The notes: a model not told the origin generated them from the letters alone. A stretch of DNA of 64,000 nucleotides from Octopus vulgaris (GCA_951406725.2 OX597832.1:69750001-69814000), one strand, 5' to 3'. Shown: positions 39,202-53,684, counted from the stretch's first letter. A program made the numbers and translations.

Positions 39202-39239
39202 CTGTTACTCGGAGTTTCACGTTCCCGTTCGTCGGGCAG
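39202..39239 (-). ncRNA. Minimal type I hammerhead motif, U4C core
   Basis: Reverse complement CTGC-CCGACGA-ACG-ggaa-CGT-GAAAC-tccga-GTA-ACAG; downstream part recurs inverted at 39828-39860. Confidence 0.62.
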
Positions 39240-39861
39240 TTTTGTTAAAATAGAACCGAGATGACAATTTGATCAAAACTAGCATAAACGATGCCCCTTT
39301 AAAAATGGATTTTTTCATTAGTTCTTTCAACGGTCATATGCGAGAGATAAACAAAATAAACAAAATAAAATAAATGAGTTCAATATAAAATTATAAAAAT
39401 CGAGGAAAAACCTTAAATCGAAGAGATGGTTCAAATATATATTGTCATTAATTATGTAGAAAATATAATTCGATTAATACAATTAATACAAAAAAATTGA
39501 AATTAAAATGTATTAAAATATTTTACAAGAGTATATACTCATCCTAAACCATCAATATACATGTATCCATCAAAATACACAGATAGATGTGCGCAGACCA
39601 CATACATATACAGACATATAAATGCAAAACGAAAATATACGCACAAATACATGTACACATATGTATACACAATCTTGCTCGCATGCAAAAATCCTTTGGT
39701 GTATACATATAGACTAGAAGTAAACCTCAGAGAGGGGGAAGAAACGAAAAGGTAATGATCTTATAAGCAACAGAAAGCTAAAGACGGGAGTAAGAGAAGG
39801 GGAGGGGGCGTAAAGTTACAGGACTTCGAGTAACAGCTTTTGTTAAATTTCTGCTGCTTTT

Positions 39862-40017
39862 GTGGCTGTGTGGTAAGTAGCTTGCTAAACAACGACATGG
39901 TTCCGGGTTCAGTCCCACTGCGTGGCACCTTGGGCAAGTGTCTTCTGCTATAGCCCCGGGCCGACCAATGCCTTGTGAGTGGATTTGGTAGACGGAAACT
40001 GAAAGAAGCCTGTCGTA

Positions 40018-40096
<79 letters not shown>

Positions 40097-40316
40097 TTGT
40101 GTGTGTGTGTTTGTCCCCCTAGCATTGCTTGACAACCGATGCTGGTGTGTTTACGTCCCCGTCACTTAGCGGTTCGGCAAAAGAGACCGATAGAATAAGT
40201 ACTGGGCTTACAAAGAATAAGTCCCGGGGTCGATTTGCTCGACTAAAGGCGGTGCTCCAGCATGGCCGCAGTCAAATGAATGAAGCAAGTAAAAGAGTAA
40301 AAGAGAGAGTAAAAGA

Positions 40317-40320
<4 letters not shown>
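39862..40320 (+). mobile_element. SINE family 1, near full length
   Basis: Highly similar to 419-821. Confidence 0.88.
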
Positions 40321-40374
<54 letters not shown>

Positions 40375-40820
40375 CATTGTAAAAGAGGATAACAAATGTT
40401 AGTGCCAGACAAACATTTCAAGTCGTATACATTATTATTATTGGGAAAAATTCAGCCTTACAGCTGTTTCTTTTTCTTTCCTATCGTGTAGAGTTAAGTC
40501 CATAGATTTACACGGGATTACACCTAAGGACTTACAGACTTACGTCTACACGATAGGGAATCTGAAACTGTTCACTTTTATGCTTCTTTTTTCTTCTCTT
40601 TCCTAATCTCCTTATTTCTTTTCTCCTCTCCTCTATGTCGTCATTTTATTAATCGATACCCTTCTCATGTTCCCTATTTGTCTCCGGCGACGGATTATCC
40701 CATACTCTGGGATATCGCAGGAACAGCTGTACGGCATTGAATTTTCCCAGTAATAATAATAATGTATATGAACTGAAATTTTTGTCTTGCCTTAACGCTT
40801 GTTGTCCTCTTTAGCAATTA
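40375..40820. mobile_element. Old fold-back element with decayed HHR (40679-40736)
   Basis: Diverged inverted arms ~40377-40470 and ~40720-40818; GAAAC-AGCT-GTA on the minus arm; GTCT-CCGGCGA-...-GAAC-AGCT-GTA on plus. Confidence 0.55.
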
Positions 40821-41319
40821 TATATCAACCATATCGGAATTTTACAAAGGCTCCATAACTACTGTCTCGGCTATAACCTTGGAGCCTTGGTAAGCCGTTA
40901 CAGCACTTACATAGCGTACCTATACGTTTACATCACCTGTGAACTAAAAGCCCATATCTTGTGTGTGCGTGTGTGTGAGTTTACTGAAATCAATTGAGAA
41001 GTCCACATATAACATCCAAAGGAACATTTTTTCTTTGATAAATTATACTCATTTCACATATATGTAAATTTAATGTACAAATTTGTAATCAAATTATCGT
41101 GTATTAATTAAAACGGCTGTAAGAAGCGCAGATGACTAATTTGATGATACTAAACAATTAGTTACCTTATCTCCGTTTTCTTTTCTTTTAAATTATATAA
41201 ATATATATATTTGGAAGAGGATGCGTGGCGTTCAAACATATAATAATATAAATAATATATATATATGCATATATACATACGGATATGAACACACGTACAT
41301 CTATACGTATATATATATG

Positions 41320-41705
41320 TGTGGAGGCGCAATGGCCCAGTGATTAGGGCAGCGGACTCGCGGTCGTTGGATCGCGATTTCGATTCCCAGACCAGGCGTT
41401 GTGAGTGTTTATTGAGCGAAAAACACCTAAAGCTCCACGAACCTCCGGCAGGGGATGGTGGTGATCCCTACTGTACTCTTTCACCACAACTTTCTCTCAC
41501 TCTTACTTCCTGTTTCTGCTGTACCTGTATTTCAAAGGGCCGGCCTTGTCACTCTCTGTGTCACGCTGAATATCCCCGAGAACTACGCTAAGAGTACACG
41601 TGTCTGTGGAGTGCTCAGCCACTTACACGTTAATTTCACGAGCAGACTGTTCCTTTGATCGGATCAACCGGAACTCTCGTCGTCGTAACCGACGGAGTGC
41701 TTCCA
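41320..41705 (+). mobile_element. tRNA-derived SINE, family 3
   Basis: GGAGGCGCAATGGCCCAGTGATTAGGGCAGCGGACTCGCGGTC...TTTCGATTCCC tRNA-like head followed by a non-tRNA body. Confidence 0.75.
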
Positions 41706-41947
41706 TATATATGTGTGTGTGCATACGTGGGTAGAGGACGTCAAGAAACGTGCACAACAAAATATACGAAGTACGAGTACATGGAATACGAACTATTCTT
41801 TCGAACTAAGAAAGACACAAATGGAAAACAAGACAAACAACACAAAGAACTACCCTTCATCAGTTGTTGGCTGTTTTTTACTCTCGTATTTCGAACGCAT
41901 ATTTATATACTTATAGATGTAAATATGTACATATATGTATGTATATT

Positions 41948-42004
<57 letters not shown>

Positions 42005-42644
42005 TATATTTTATATATATACACACACATATACATATACTTATACTCACACACACACTCTCACATATTATACCATCATCTACATATAAGGCAGATAGTA
42101 TTTGTGTCACTGCTAACTATGACAAAATTATGAAAATCTCACATACAACTCATTCTAGAAACACAGCAAGAAAATGTTTTATAGAAAAACAAAGTAAGTC
42201 TATAATCTCTGATATGTTGATTGAAATGGAGGATTAGGAAAAGTCGAAGAGAATATTACCTAAGGCATGTATGTATTTCACGTGATGATAATATATCTCG
42301 AACAGATGTGAAGAAAATATGGAAATATAAAATCCTTGAAAGATATATATATGTACATAATTTTTGTATTGAAAGCCAAAAGCTTTACACATTATAAAAT
42401 GCGCCATAGTAATATAAAAAAAAAACGTAAGCACACAGTTATCAATGTAAAACACAGGACCTAGGCAAACGCATAAAATATCTAAAATAGCATAACTAAG
42501 CAGTGTGCACATACATATTAGCTTCCTTTTAATTAAAGAAGTAAAACCAAATCTAAAACATTGCTCGTATTCAGAGAGCATGTCTGCTGCTGTTGAACAA
42601 TGAAATATCAATGAAATATTACTGAAAATAATAATAATAACGTT

Positions 42645-43130
42645 TTATTTCTAATTTAGCAGTAAGGCCTGTAATTTCGAGGAAGGGAGAAGTATAATAC
42701 ATGGACGCCAGTGATCAACTGCTAATAATATTATCGATCTCGAAAGGTAATGTCTATCTCGGTGAAATATGAAATCGGTGTAAAGGCGGACGGAATGCTG
42801 CTCAGCATTTCTTTGGGCGTGCTAACGATTCTGACAAATGGCCATCATAAAAATTATGATAATAATTTCAAAATTTGGCACAAATTGAAATCAAGTGGAT
42901 AAGTCGATTACATCAACCCCAGTGCTTAACTTGTACTTATTTTATCGACACCTTACGGGGTCGATAAAATAAGTACAAGTTAAATGTACAAGAAAGTAAA
43001 TGAATGTAAAATAAGTACAAGAAAGATAAAAGCAACTTCAGTGGAATTGGAACCAAGAGCGTAAAGACGGACGAAATGCCGATAGGCATTTTGTGAGAGG
43101 AGCTAACAATTTTACCCGCTCGCCGCCTAA
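42645..43130 (-). mobile_element. Two tandem degenerate SINE family 2 copies
   Basis: Both end in GCTAACGATTCTG / GCTAACAATTTTACCCGCTCGCCGCC (reverse complement of the head); separated by AAT repeats. Confidence 0.65.
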
Positions 43131-43154
43131 AAACAAATAATAATTATAATATTA

Positions 43155-44840
43155 ATAAGGCTTTCAACAGTATATCATATTCATGCATCTTGAAATCGCT
43201 GGACATCTTCAAAATTTCACCTGTAATTTCAAACTTGCTGAAGCATAATATATCAATGTGGAATATGAATCTTCATCTACATCACTCTACTGGACTACTA
43301 TCTTCAAACAATATTATAATCAACTGTTGCATTTTCCAAGGAGACTTACATTCGCCTCTAATTTTTGCATGGCCCTAGTACCCCTTACAAGTGACCATAA
43401 CAGAACAGGGTATAGGTTTTAAATTGTGGAAGACTGGCTGACTTAAGACTCTGTGGCAAAGACAATAATGAGCTTCAAGGCCTCTTACGTACTTAAAACT
43501 ATAGCAAAACAATGATGAACTTAAAGGTCTCTTACGTACTGTGAAAGCATTCATTGATGTTATTGGGATGGAGTTTGATCTTGATAAGTGTGCCAGAACC
43601 ACTTTACAGAAAAGGAAATTGATAAAATGAAATTCAGTCGTGTTTGGTTTTGACACAGTTATAAAAATACTTGAGCAGCAACAAACCCATAAATACCTAG
43701 GAATAAATGAAGGATCTGCCATTGAGCATGAAAGGATTAAAGAAAAGATCTTGGAGGAATGTTATAGGAGAGTAACGAAATATGAACAAAATGCACATAA
43801 CAAAGGTGTTAGCCATAAATTCCTTGTCAGTTCCTGTTGTTACTTATAGCTTCATTGTGTTGAAGCGAAATAAAAGCATCTGAATGAAACATTCGTAAGT
43901 TGATGACTGGCAATAAGACGCAGCAGCCAAAGGCAGACGCAGATCGTCTTTACCTTCGCAGGGCCCAATGGGGTGGACCTAAAGTATTTGTTCTGCAACG
44001 ATGAAATTGAAACCGTGGATTATGTCGGCATTATAAAATCAAAACAGCTGACAAATGTGGTAATGGAGGCAACGAAATTCTTCGTTGTTGCAAACAAAGT
44101 AAAGATGGTAAGATACGACTAAAGAATGAAGGGATACCAGTAGAATAGGTTATTAAGAGTAGAGCAGAAGAGATTCTACAAAGAACTAAATGGGTGTACA
44201 GATGAAAAGGTGATACCAGATAACATTGAAAGTCAAAGGTTTTGAGGTTACATCTGGAGCAAAGACAAGGAGCACAAGATGGATACTGAATGGTTGCAAG
44301 AACTGAAACAAATAGTAGTCAGTCCACAACAGACAAAACTAGTCATTTCAGTTAAGGAAGTGAAGGAAACCATAAAAAAATGGGCAATTGGAAGGCTCCG
44401 GTACCAGGTGGAGTTCAAAGGATTTGGTGAATGCCATGTCCAAATAGCTGCACAACTCAGCACCTTGTTAAATACCGACCAAGCAACACCAGAGTCGTTG
44501 ACAATGGGCAGGACAATGCTGTGCTTGAAAAACATCGAAAACGAAAAGTCGATAGACATGACAGGTTAGCTTGGGAGTTTAAGCAGTTGTGGTCACTGCA
44601 AAAGTTGGTAGGAGTACCAATAATTGTCGGAACCCTGGGAACAGTGAGTAAAAATGTTGAAAAGTTCATTGAATAAATAGGGGCTGCAATAAGGGTGGAT
44701 CATTTGCCGAAAACTGCACTGCTTCGAACCGCTTGATTACTCCGTTTGGTGTTCGAAAAATAAGGAGTTATACCTTTGTAGATTGGTAAGGAACAGCTCA
44801 CTCGGTAGCACATCTCCAGGTTTAGAATCTGTGTAAATAC
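43155..44840 (+). mobile_element. Rearranged R4/Dong-like LINE relic ending in (AAC)n(AAT)n
   Basis: CIFQGDLHSPLIF; IGMEFDLDKCA; HKYLGINE; RLE C-terminus VPIIVGTLGTV; pre-RT segment (44160-44540) lies after the RT segment. Confidence 0.8.
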
Positions 44841-45559
44841 AACAACAACAACAACAACAATAATAATAATAATAATATTAATAATAACTATGTGTAATTC
44901 AGACTCAAATCCGGCAATGTTGAAAGGAGTTCTGGGATCGAGGAAATTGGTGTCAGGATTTAACTAAATCCTTATTTCATCCACTCCTAAGTGTTCAATG
45001 GTGAAGTTGGCCTACATTGCCTCTAGTACTATACTGAGATTGTTTTCTTCAACGGCAAAAATATGGAAAGGAAATAAACATACTTAGAAGTGTGTCTCTC
45101 TTTGTGTACGGTAGGGTCACCATCGGGATTATTTATGTATTCATAATATACATATACTGTATGTGTGCCAGCGCCTTGTACTTCCTCATCTTCTGCCAAC
45201 CCTTCCGTCCGATAAATATCTCTGGCTCTTCCTTGCCACCCTTGGCGTGAACAGTCACCTCAGGCACTAGCACCCTCCGTACCCATCAGGACAAAGACGT
45301 TCAGTCACGCACTGCAGATTAATTACTTGGGCATGAGTTAAGCCGACGACGACGTCGATCTGTTTTTATGTGTGCATGTGTAAACGGGAACGTATGTGTC
45401 TATCAAAAAGGACGACAGCTAACTGGGTTCAGTCATAGAGAATCTCTCCCATAACAACTTGCATGGGCACACAACTATAACTAAGTGCCCTCTCCTTCTC
45501 CCATATCTCCTATCCATTCACCCAGTCATTACTTTCTGTTGCTGACCGTTCAGTGGAGG

Positions 45560-46400
45560 CCAGTCATTTCCGCTATCACCTCTCTCTATAAGTTCTAGTT
45601 GAAAGACTGAAGACCTCTTGATTTTGACCAACGCAGTATTTTTCCATCATAGCCACAGGATATAAATGCTTGCTTGAAATGACGATGGCGATACGAATTT
45701 TATCCCTGATATGTTTGACAGACAGATTTCTCCTGCACCCAATAACAGATCTGTGACACATACCTACTCTTGTCAGTGATGTTCAGATTCTGGAAGAGTA
45801 TTCAGTCCTCTGGAATATCTGGTTTGCAGCACTGTTATATACGTTTTGTTTATCCGAAAGTGTTACAAACCTTCCACAGCATTGCCAAGAAAGAAGATTT
45901 TGAATGTTGTTAATGCTATGAACCAACTTTTTCGGTTGGATTCATCCACATGTAAGTATTTTTTAGGATAATGGCACCAGTGCTTGCCAATAATCTTCAA
46001 TAGAATGCAATAACTGATGTTTCACCTGCTACATTGCCCATCACATCGGTTCTAGTCTAAATTGACTAATTCGAGATAAATGTAGCTAACGACCGTAATG
46101 ATAATACTTTACACTTGTCAGCTGATATAACACAATCTTAAGCAGTTGATACTTTCCAAACTTACGCGCATCTTTTCTTCTAACGGTTTCCTCCATATCG
46201 TTCCTTTTCAGTTTGCATCGAGGATACAATTGAGGTTCCCACTAGTGGTACTAAGCGAATCGTTCTAAAGAATGCTTTCCAGGTCTTGGGACGTGTAATT
46301 CTCGGTCGAGAGGTTGGGCATATATAAATGAATCATAATCTGAATACATCATTGTGTCATTGTTACACCCAGAGCTACTGTTCTATTATTCAAGAGTCCA
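45560..46400 (-). mobile_element. Highly decayed Tx1/L1-like LINE relic
   Basis: Minus strand reads YMPN...GNLNCILD (cf. APE IYAPN...GDFNCVLD), then RT-like CRRNLSVKHIRD. Confidence 0.45.
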
Positions 46401-47800
46401 GGAAGAAAATCATGAGCCAGATACGGTATAAAACTTGACCGTTACAAAAGTACATTGTTATTCTTTCCGAGGAGGGGACAATCAAACGAAGCATAAATCT
46501 CGTAGACATCACGAGTGAGCGTATGTGCGACCGTGCTTGCCTGTGTGCGTGCATATCTGTAACCTCGTTTGTAATTAGAGTTTCATAATCTATTCTGGAA
46601 TGTATGGAAAAGTTCAACAAGTGTTTATTTTCTAAGCTAGCCGCTTTAATTTAGGAAAACGTGTTCATATGGAGGGAGCAGAAAACATAACGTGCGAAAT
46701 TCAACGGACCTAATACAAATAAACGGAAACTTGAGTTTCCCAGATTTCAAAATATTCCTATCTCAAACCTTTTCAGTTGTTTTATAAAGGAAAGGTGACT
46801 TGAGCTTTAATTGCTTCCTGTATAAACCTAAGACAACAACACTCGAACTATATGAAAATCAGTTGATTTTTATATCGTTGGGATATAACTCTCTAACACT
46901 CAACACAACGTTACTATTTCTTTTGCCGTTTTCTTTTTATAATCTGCGTGAAATGATTGTGTCTACCGAGTTCTGTATAGTCAGGAATGATTAATTGTTT
47001 AAAGCTCAATGGTGTGTACTTCTTTCGAAGATATTTATTATGTCTATGGGGAAGAATTGTACAAAATCACGAAAGACTAGTTGATTTTATGTGATGCTCA
47101 ACGTTTTTCATTCACTCATTTCCCTAGTCCTTATTCATTTATATATTTATTTACTGCTTTATTTATAGTTTTAGTGTATTAATGCATTCAGCGTTCGTTG
47201 CAGTGTCTTTGGAGATATTAGAATAGAGAAATAAATCAATTATAATTGCGTTATAATGCAATGCAGTTTAATTTGGTTTGAGCAACAAATCTGCGATCCT
47301 CTTTAATAAAGACCCCTTGGTAAAAATGACAAGAAACCACGTGAAAGCTTGGATAATGAGAAGAAAATTAATTAAAATAACGAAAGAAAAGACCACCATC
47401 TAACATCATCCAATGTTACGAAGATTCAGAAATGTTTAGGAAATTCATACACTGCAGGAAATAATACACAGCAATAGGAAAATTACGATTATCATTTAGA
47501 ATTAGTTGAGAGTTAGCTGAGGTTGTACGCGGTCATTTATTATCATTATTGTCATCATCATCCTACCCTCTCCTCCTCCTCATCATCATCATCATCAACA
47601 TCATCATCATATTATTATTATTATTGTCATTTACTTTTAATCTGCATGTTTGATGCAATCACTTGCCGGGACACACCCAGCGCCCTAGGGCAAGTGAAGG
47701 TTAAGAGTTGTTGAAATATAGCTGAAAGCTTGGGGAGGGGAAGTAGAGGAATATCACCATGTAATACAACACAAACATTATTATTATTATTATTATTATT

Positions 47801-47836
<36 letters not shown>

Positions 47837-47846
47837 ATTATTAATA

Positions 47847-47888
<42 letters not shown>

Positions 47889-47889
47889 T

Positions 47890-48940
47890 ATGTTTGACTT
47901 TTGCTTTACATTTGTACAATTTGGCTCCAAGTCTCACCCAGAGACCTCAAGAGACAACAGGTTGGAAGTTCATGTTGTTGTTATGCCTAGTGTGCCATAT
48001 ATTTGGTTTTTTATTAAGTGTTGTACTAGTAAATGTCTAAAAAAACCATACGAAAATTATGTTTGTCTTAAAACTTGAGATTACATAGAAAATATTTTGC
48101 GTAGGATATGAGCAGTTCCCATGAGCACTATCTTTTGAATTTCTGCCATTTTGGGGTTTCCTAGTATCTGATTTAGGTAGCAATCAGCCCCTTTCCCTAT
48201 CATTCCCAGGGCACCTATGACAACAGGTATTGTTTTAGTCTTCAGCTTCCACATTTTGCTGATTTCTATTTCAAGATCTTTATATTTGCTCAGGTCTTGA
48301 CAGATACGTTTATATCGATTGGGACAGTCATATCAATGAGGAGGCATGTTCTTTGTCTGGAGTCTTTCAATATGATGTCTGGCCTATTTGCATCTATCTT
48401 TCTGTCAGTTTGAATGGTGAGGTTACAGAGGAGTGTGATGTGGTCATTTTCAAGCACTGGACGTGGATTGTGTTCCCACCAGTTTTTTTCATGGGGCAAA
48501 TCCAGGTTTTTGCAAATTACCCAGTGAATATATTGTGCAGCTCTATCATGCCTGTTGAGATACTCTGTAGGCGCTAGAAGACTGCACTTGGAGACAATAT
48601 GATCAATGGTTTCATTTTGTTGTCGACATACACGACACGTTGGGCTACTGCCGTTCTTTAATATGTTGGCCAGGTAGTTCCTTGTTGGTAGGCATTGATC
48701 TTGAGCTGCTATGATAAACTCTTCTGTTTCAGATTTCAAGCCATTGATGGGTCTGGGCTTTGTCAACATCTGCATTATTCGCTCTCTTTGGGTATTTGCC
48801 ATAGAGAGGTTTTTCTTGCCATTTGTCATTCGGAATAGCTAAGGTATCAGTTTTAGCACAGGTTTTCATGCGCTTAGCTTTTTCTGTGCTTGTTTCTTGT
48901 ATGTCTATCTCTAATTCCGAAATTTGTTGTATTCGGAAAT
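47890..48940 (-). mobile_element. R4/Dong-like LINE 3' end (CCHC plus RLE endonuclease) between (TTA)n tracts
   Basis: LKSETEEFIIAAQDQ, CRVCRQQNETIDHIVSKC, YLNRHD, ANRPDII, CLLIDMTVPID. Confidence 0.92.
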
Positions 48941-48964
48941 TATTATTATTATTATTATTATTAT

Positions 48965-49004
<40 letters not shown>

Positions 49005-49024
49005 TTTAGTAGTAGTAGTAGTAT

Positions 49025-49945
49025 ATGGTGGTAAGCTGGCAGAATGGTTAGCACGCCGAACGAAATGCTTAGTGGCATTTCTTCCGTCTGAACGTTCTGA
49101 GTTGAAATTCCGCCGAGGTCGACTTGGCCCTTCATCTCGTTGGAGTCAATAAAATAAGTACCAGTAGAGCACTGGGGGTGGTGTAATCGACTACCCCGCT
49201 CCCGCTAAATTTCGGGCCTTGTGACTATAGTAGAAAGGATTATTATTATTGTTATTTTTAAGTCGAAGAATTGGAAGAATAATTTGCACGCTGGAGAATA
49301 TGCGTAGCGGCATTTCACCTGTCTTTACATTCTGAGTTCAAATTCCATCCAGATCAACTTTGCCTTTCATCATTCGGGGTTGATGAAATAAAAACCAGTC
49401 AAGCGCTGGGATGGATGTAATAGATTATTCCCCCTCCCCCACCAAACCAAATTTCAGGCATTGTGCCTATACTAGAATGGCTAGTTATTGTTATTATTCT
49501 TTCCTACTCTAGGCACAAGGCCCGAAACTTTTGAGGAGGCGACCTGACGATTCGATCGACCTCAGTGCGCAACTGGTACTGAATTTATCGACCCCGAAAG
49601 TATGAAAGGTAAAGTCGACCTCAGAACGTAAAGACAGACGAAACACCACTAAGCATTCCCCACCGCCGCCGTGCTAACATTTCTCTCAGCTCACCGCCTT
49701 AATTAATGTTATTACTATCGTAATTAACGCTGCGAGCTGGCAGAATGGTTAGCACGATGGCGGTGGGGAATGCTTAGCGTCGTTTTCTCTGTCTTTACGT
49801 TGTGTGTTCGTATTCCATCGAGGTTGAATTTACATTTCATCCTTTAGGGGTCAATAGAAGAAGTACCAGTTGTGCACTGGGGTCGATGTAATTGATTTAC
49901 TCTCTTCCTCGAAATTGCTAGCATTGTGCCAAAATTTGAAACCCT
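49025..49945. mobile_element. Cluster of four SINE family 2 copies (+,+,-,+)
   Basis: ~49025-49240, 49260-49480, 49495-49700 (minus) and 49727-49945, separated by TTA repeats. Confidence 0.82.
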
Positions 49946-50370
49946 TATTACTAGCGTTATTGCTTTTAACTTCATGATTATCATTATTATATTATATTAT
50001 TTGTTTTATTATTATATTATTTTTATGTGATTATTATATCATTGATTTTTTGTATTGTCGTTGTTGTAGTTATTGTTATAATTATTGTTGTAGAAATTGC
50101 TATTATTATGCACACGCCAGCATATGTTGCCTTTACGTTGTGTTATTATTGAACTGAGAAGAGGAAAACAAAATCAAATATTTGTTTTATATCATTATTG
50201 AGGTCTTGTGATTGTGTTGCCTTCTCTGCATGGCATGTATGCAAGAAAATTGGTTATTATCCTCGATGGCATCACCATCTTCAGCAACAGCAGCGGTAGC
50301 ATCATCGTCATTGCTGTCGTCGTCATCGTTATCTCAATCACCATAGTTATCGAAATGAAAATGTTTATAT

Positions 50371-50430
<60 letters not shown>

Positions 50431-50654
50431 GAGGAAGAGAAGAAGGAGGAGGAGGATGAAAATAAAATATATCTATGCGTGTGCTGTTTTTAGTTGTATA
50501 AACATAGATAGATAGATTGATAGATAGATATATAGATAGATAGATAGATAGATAGAAGCATGCATACATACATACATACATACATACATACATACATACA
50601 TACATACATACATAAAAACATAGAAATCCATGTGTACGTGAATTCCAAGAAAAG

Positions 50655-51030
50655 ACGCAGGCGTGGCTGCGTGGTAAGAAGTTTACTTCACAACCAGATA
50701 GTTCAAGATTTAATCCCACAACGTGTCAGCTTGATAAAGTGTCTTCTGCTGTAGCTTACTAAACCTTGTGAGTGGCTTTGGTAGCCGTGTGTGTGTTTGT
50801 TTGATTGTTTGTTTGTGTGTGCCTGTTTAGGCTTATATTCATCACCACTACCACCTGACAACCGGTATTGGTTTGTTTATGTCCTTTTTGTGGTTCAGTG
50901 AAAGGAGACGATGGAATAAGTGCTAGATTGAGAAAATAGGTCTTAGAATCGATTCGTTCGGTTGAAGCCCTTGGCGGTGGTGCCCGCAGTACGCGCTCAC
51001 TGCATTGACAGAAACAACTAAGTCAATAAA
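50655..51030 (+). mobile_element. Diverged SINE family 1 copy
   Basis: GCAGGCGTGGCTGCGTGGTAAGAAG head, CCTTGTGAGTGG body, internal (GT)n. Confidence 0.7.
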
Positions 51031-51139
51031 ATATATACGTTCGAACATACATACAGACTTACATGCATGCCTGTATACACAAACATACATAAACACAAGC
51101 GTATATATGTATATGCATATGCATACATATATGCATACA

Positions 51140-51199
<60 letters not shown>

Positions 51200-52199
51200 G
51201 TGTGTGTGCAATCGAATACTTATCACAGATACATGACAAAAGTTGTTCTTGTGCACCATTCTACATTCCTAATCCGATGACGAATAATTTTGTTTTTTAT
51301 AAACATTGCTCAAACAACTGAAAAATGGTCTGAAATGCCGATGGAACGACTTTTATTTACTGTATATAGCTCTCTTAACTGGATGCACATGTGTTTCTGG
51401 TCGATATACATCAGTAAAACTTCCAGATATTGCTTCTTCAACAATAGTTCGTAGATGATTTTGTTGGGTGTATAATCACTCGGTGAAAGAACATTGGGGA
51501 CTTATATAAAAAAAATTAGAGATTATCTCTATGGTGACACTCGTTTTAAATTTTCTTTTTAATTTGTTGCAAAATTGAAATCAATTTTTAAAAAAACATT
51601 TAAAGCAACTTAAGAAATCTAGCAAAGCGTTTTGAATACCAGCAAGATTGGTGCAACAATAAAATCAGTCTTACTAGTTATTGCACACATTTTCAGAAAA
51701 GTATTATCTGTTTGGAGCACTTGTGATTTAACAGACAACTAAATACTCTGGTGCATTTGTCATCTCCAGTTCATATCAACTGTCCATATTCTGAAGAATT
51801 TTCTCTCCATCTAATATATACATGCCTTAGATCTCTGGTTGTGAACCGACCACACAACGAGGCTGGCTGCAAATTACCTCCAACTGCTCAGTTACTCTGC
51901 ATGGTGGTGCAGAACAGTTTCGTTGCTCTAAGCATGTCGAGTAGGTGCAAAGGTCGACTGATGGAAGGATACGAGTGCCTCGAAACGTTACGTATGTTTT
52001 TCATTGTTGTTTTCTTTTTTCATCCAGTCCTGTAATCTAATGAAAAGAATGAACTATTAAGAAAGCACTTGAGAACTGCTCTCACACACATATGAATGCT
52101 AGAGCCGTGAAATGTTGCGTGCATTCATTTCAAACCTTCTTATTAATAACTGTATTGTTTCTCTCCAGACAACGGACTATTCAATAAGACTTCAAATGC

Positions 52200-53305
52200 A
52201 ATAAGTAGATATTTCTCTTGAAACGGGACGCAATTTGTCATCGGGGTGTCATCAAGCATAGGCGAAATAAAAGGATTTAGACCCCAAGGAGTTCATGTTG
52301 ACATGCTTGCTACATTAGAGAGTTGATGCTCTAGCTTTATTAGCAATGTAAGAGGGAGCAACCGAATTTATGGAGGGAAAGGAGAATCTCGAAGATGGCT
52401 CAAGGCCTGGACGTCCTGCAACAGCCACCATTGAGGAAGAAATTGATCGTTTTCAATGCATGTAAATGGATGATAGGTGATTTATTATAAATCAAATAGT
52501 CAATACTATTATTATGTCTTGTGAGAATGTTGAGAATATTCTGCACACTTAACTTGGCATGATGAGTGGGTGCCATGTTTTCTGACACGTGATCAAAAGT
52601 GCACCAGGTCGATCACATCATAGAAAAATCTGACATTGTTTCAGGCAGGTCCATCTGGTTTCCTTACACGTTTCCTAAGCGAGAATGAGTGTTGGCTTCA
52701 GCATTTTGAGTCAAAGCCAAAAAGACAATCCATATAGTGGAAACACTCCTCACCTGCTCCCAAGAAGACCAAAGTCATTTCATCTGATGGGAAGGTGATG
52801 GCTTCAGTATTTTTCGGATGCAAAAGGCATTGTGATTATTGATTATCTTCATAATGGGCACACCTTCAATTGGAGAGTACTATGCGAAATTGCTGAGGCA
52901 TTTGCAAAGCTCGAACAAAGCCAAACGCTCAGTACAACTGACGAAAAAGGGTGACTTGTATCATCAGGACAATGTTCCAGCACACACGTCCTTTGTTGGC
53001 AATTGTGTGCGACTGTAACTCTGAACTGGATCATCAACCGCCCTATTCTCCTGATTTGGCTCCATCTGACTATCATATGTTCCTCAACATGAAAAACACT
53101 TGGGTGGAAATCTCTGTCGCAGTGACGATGACGTCATATTTGCTGTTAATGACTATTTGATCAACTGGATGATAGCTTCTTCACCAATGGGATCCACGTA
53201 CTGCAACATCGATAGAAGTGTATGGGCCATACATGTAGAAAAATAAGCCTCATTCCATGAGAATCTCATGGTAAGACTATTAACTTTTCCGCCAAATCGC
53301 CTACA
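52200..53305 (+). mobile_element. Mariner (DD34D) transposon relic
   Basis: WVP-like motif, APKKTKVISSDGKVMASVF, HQDNVPAH, HQPPYSPDLAPSDYHMF; multiple frameshifts. Confidence 0.9.
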
Positions 53306-53684
53306 TATGTTACAACGCATTTCTAGACATTTTCATCTTCCTACGAACTCGTCCATAATAATCCTTCCTTTTTCTATTTGCACAATCAAGCATCTTTTCT
53401 TTGTAGTCAGTGACTTTCATAGCGAATGTGTAGTCAAATGTCGAAGAGAACGAGTTAGTTGTAATAGGGTGGCACTGATGGGAAATGCTTGCTGGGGGGG
53501 GCCTTTGCTAACATGTTTTAACCTCATCATATATATCTGTGTATGCATGTGGGCATGTATATGTATATATGTATGTGAGTTTAAGTATGTATGTATGTGG
53601 GTATACTGGGTTGAGTCATGAATAATTTGCGATTTTGTTAAACACGTTTACTCATGAAATTTTTTTAAAATTATTTTTTGTTTA

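Noticed and set aside
41320-41400. tRNA-like sequence (also the heads at 419, 36905 and 39862)
   Set aside because: No complete cloverleaf or acceptor stem; each continues into a SINE body
49025-49945. Regularly spaced repeats suggesting a CRISPR-like array
   Set aside because: Diverged ~210-bp SINE copies in mixed orientation in eukaryotic DNA; no cas genes
51954-51995. CTGATGG-AAGG...CCTC-GAAACGTT hammerhead-like motif
   Set aside because: Core altered and stem I does not pair; may be a decayed copy but not supportable as a feature
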